Positions 63,536 to 64,000 of a stretch of DNA of 64,000 nt are shown in pieces. The first letter of the stretch is position 1. Each line of letters starts with the position of its first letter. The notes beneath the pieces were generated by a model. It searched no databases. It saw only the letters and a list, made by a program, of their open reading frames with translations, and was not told the origin of the DNA. Source of the stretch: Pseudomonas aeruginosa PAO1 (GTDB taxonomy: Bacteria; Pseudomonadota; Gammaproteobacteria; Pseudomonadales; Pseudomonadaceae); the NCBI RefSeq assembly GCF_000006765.1, contig NC_002516.2; one strand, given 5' to 3'. The position numbers and the translations under genes are program-made.

Positions 63536-64000
63536 ATGAGCGTGGAAACCCAAAAAGAGACACTGGGCTTTCAGACTGAAGTGAAGCAACTGCTTCACCT
63601 GATGATTCATTCTCTCTATTCGAACAAGGAAATCTTCCTCCGCGAACTGATTTCCAACGCCTCGGACGCCGCCGACAAGCTGCGTTTCGAAGCCCTGGCC
63701 AATCCCGAGCTGCTCGAGGGCGGCGCCGAGCTGAAGATCCGCGTCAGCTTCGACAAGGAAGCCAACACCGTCACCCTGGAAGACAACGGCATCGGCATGA
63801 GCCGCGAGGATGTGGTGACTCACCTGGGCACCATCGCCAAGTCCGGGACCGCCGACTTCCTGAAGAACTTGTCTGGCGACCAGAAGAAGGATTCGCACCT
63901 GATCGGCCAGTTCGGCGTCGGTTTCTACAGCGCCTTCATCGTCGCCGACAAGGTCGATGTCTACTCCCGTCGCGCCGGCCAGCCGGCCAGCGAAGGCGTG
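63536..64000 (+). CDS. htpG: Chaperone HtpG (Hsp90), 5' part
   Basis: [51 protein letters not shown] and [12 protein letters not shown]; runs off the window. Confidence 0.97.
   Translation, partial: MSVETQKETLGFQTEVKQLLHLMIHSLYSNKEIFLRELISNASDAADKLRFEALANPELLEGGAELKIRVSFDKEANTVTLEDNGIGMSREDVVTHLGTIAKSGTADFLKNLSGDQKKDSHLIGQFGVGFYSAFIVADKVDVYSRRAGQPASEGV

Overview
High-GC (Pseudomonas-type) core chromosome. Gene order, the recognisable proteins and a frameshifted cprA allele all fit the Pseudomonas aeruginosa PAO1 region of about PA1535-PA1596; that identification is recalled, not searched. Left to right: acyl-CoA dehydrogenase end; a Baeyer-Villiger-type monooxygenase/SDR/CbrC-like unit with a divergent TetR; the SMR pair mdtJI; apt; anr; hemN; ccoGHIS; two tandem cbb3 oxidase operons (ccoNOQP-1 and -2); frameshifted cprA; aer; acnA; rlmM; tusA; pauA3-pauB2; a LysR/MFS/RidA/FAD-oxidase module; several small genes; gltA, sdhCDAB, sucAB-lpd-sucCD; braB; a PaaI thioesterase pair; and the 5' part of htpG. 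I found no mobile element, prophage, CRISPR array, rRNA or tRNA. The best leads are regulatory or cryptic: (1) an unannotated 28-codon leader ORF with anti-SD and C-rich attenuator architecture upstream of mdtJI; (2) a 13-nt perfect match to the recalled PrrF sRNA seed covering the RBS of a 59-aa orphan gene; (3) a probable aminophosphonate-scavenging module; (4) a FliA promoter on a FlxA-like orphan; (5) a 100-bp identical tract between the two cco operons; (6) a membrane-anchored protein resembling a GH31 N-terminal remnant. All family assignments come from motifs read by eye.
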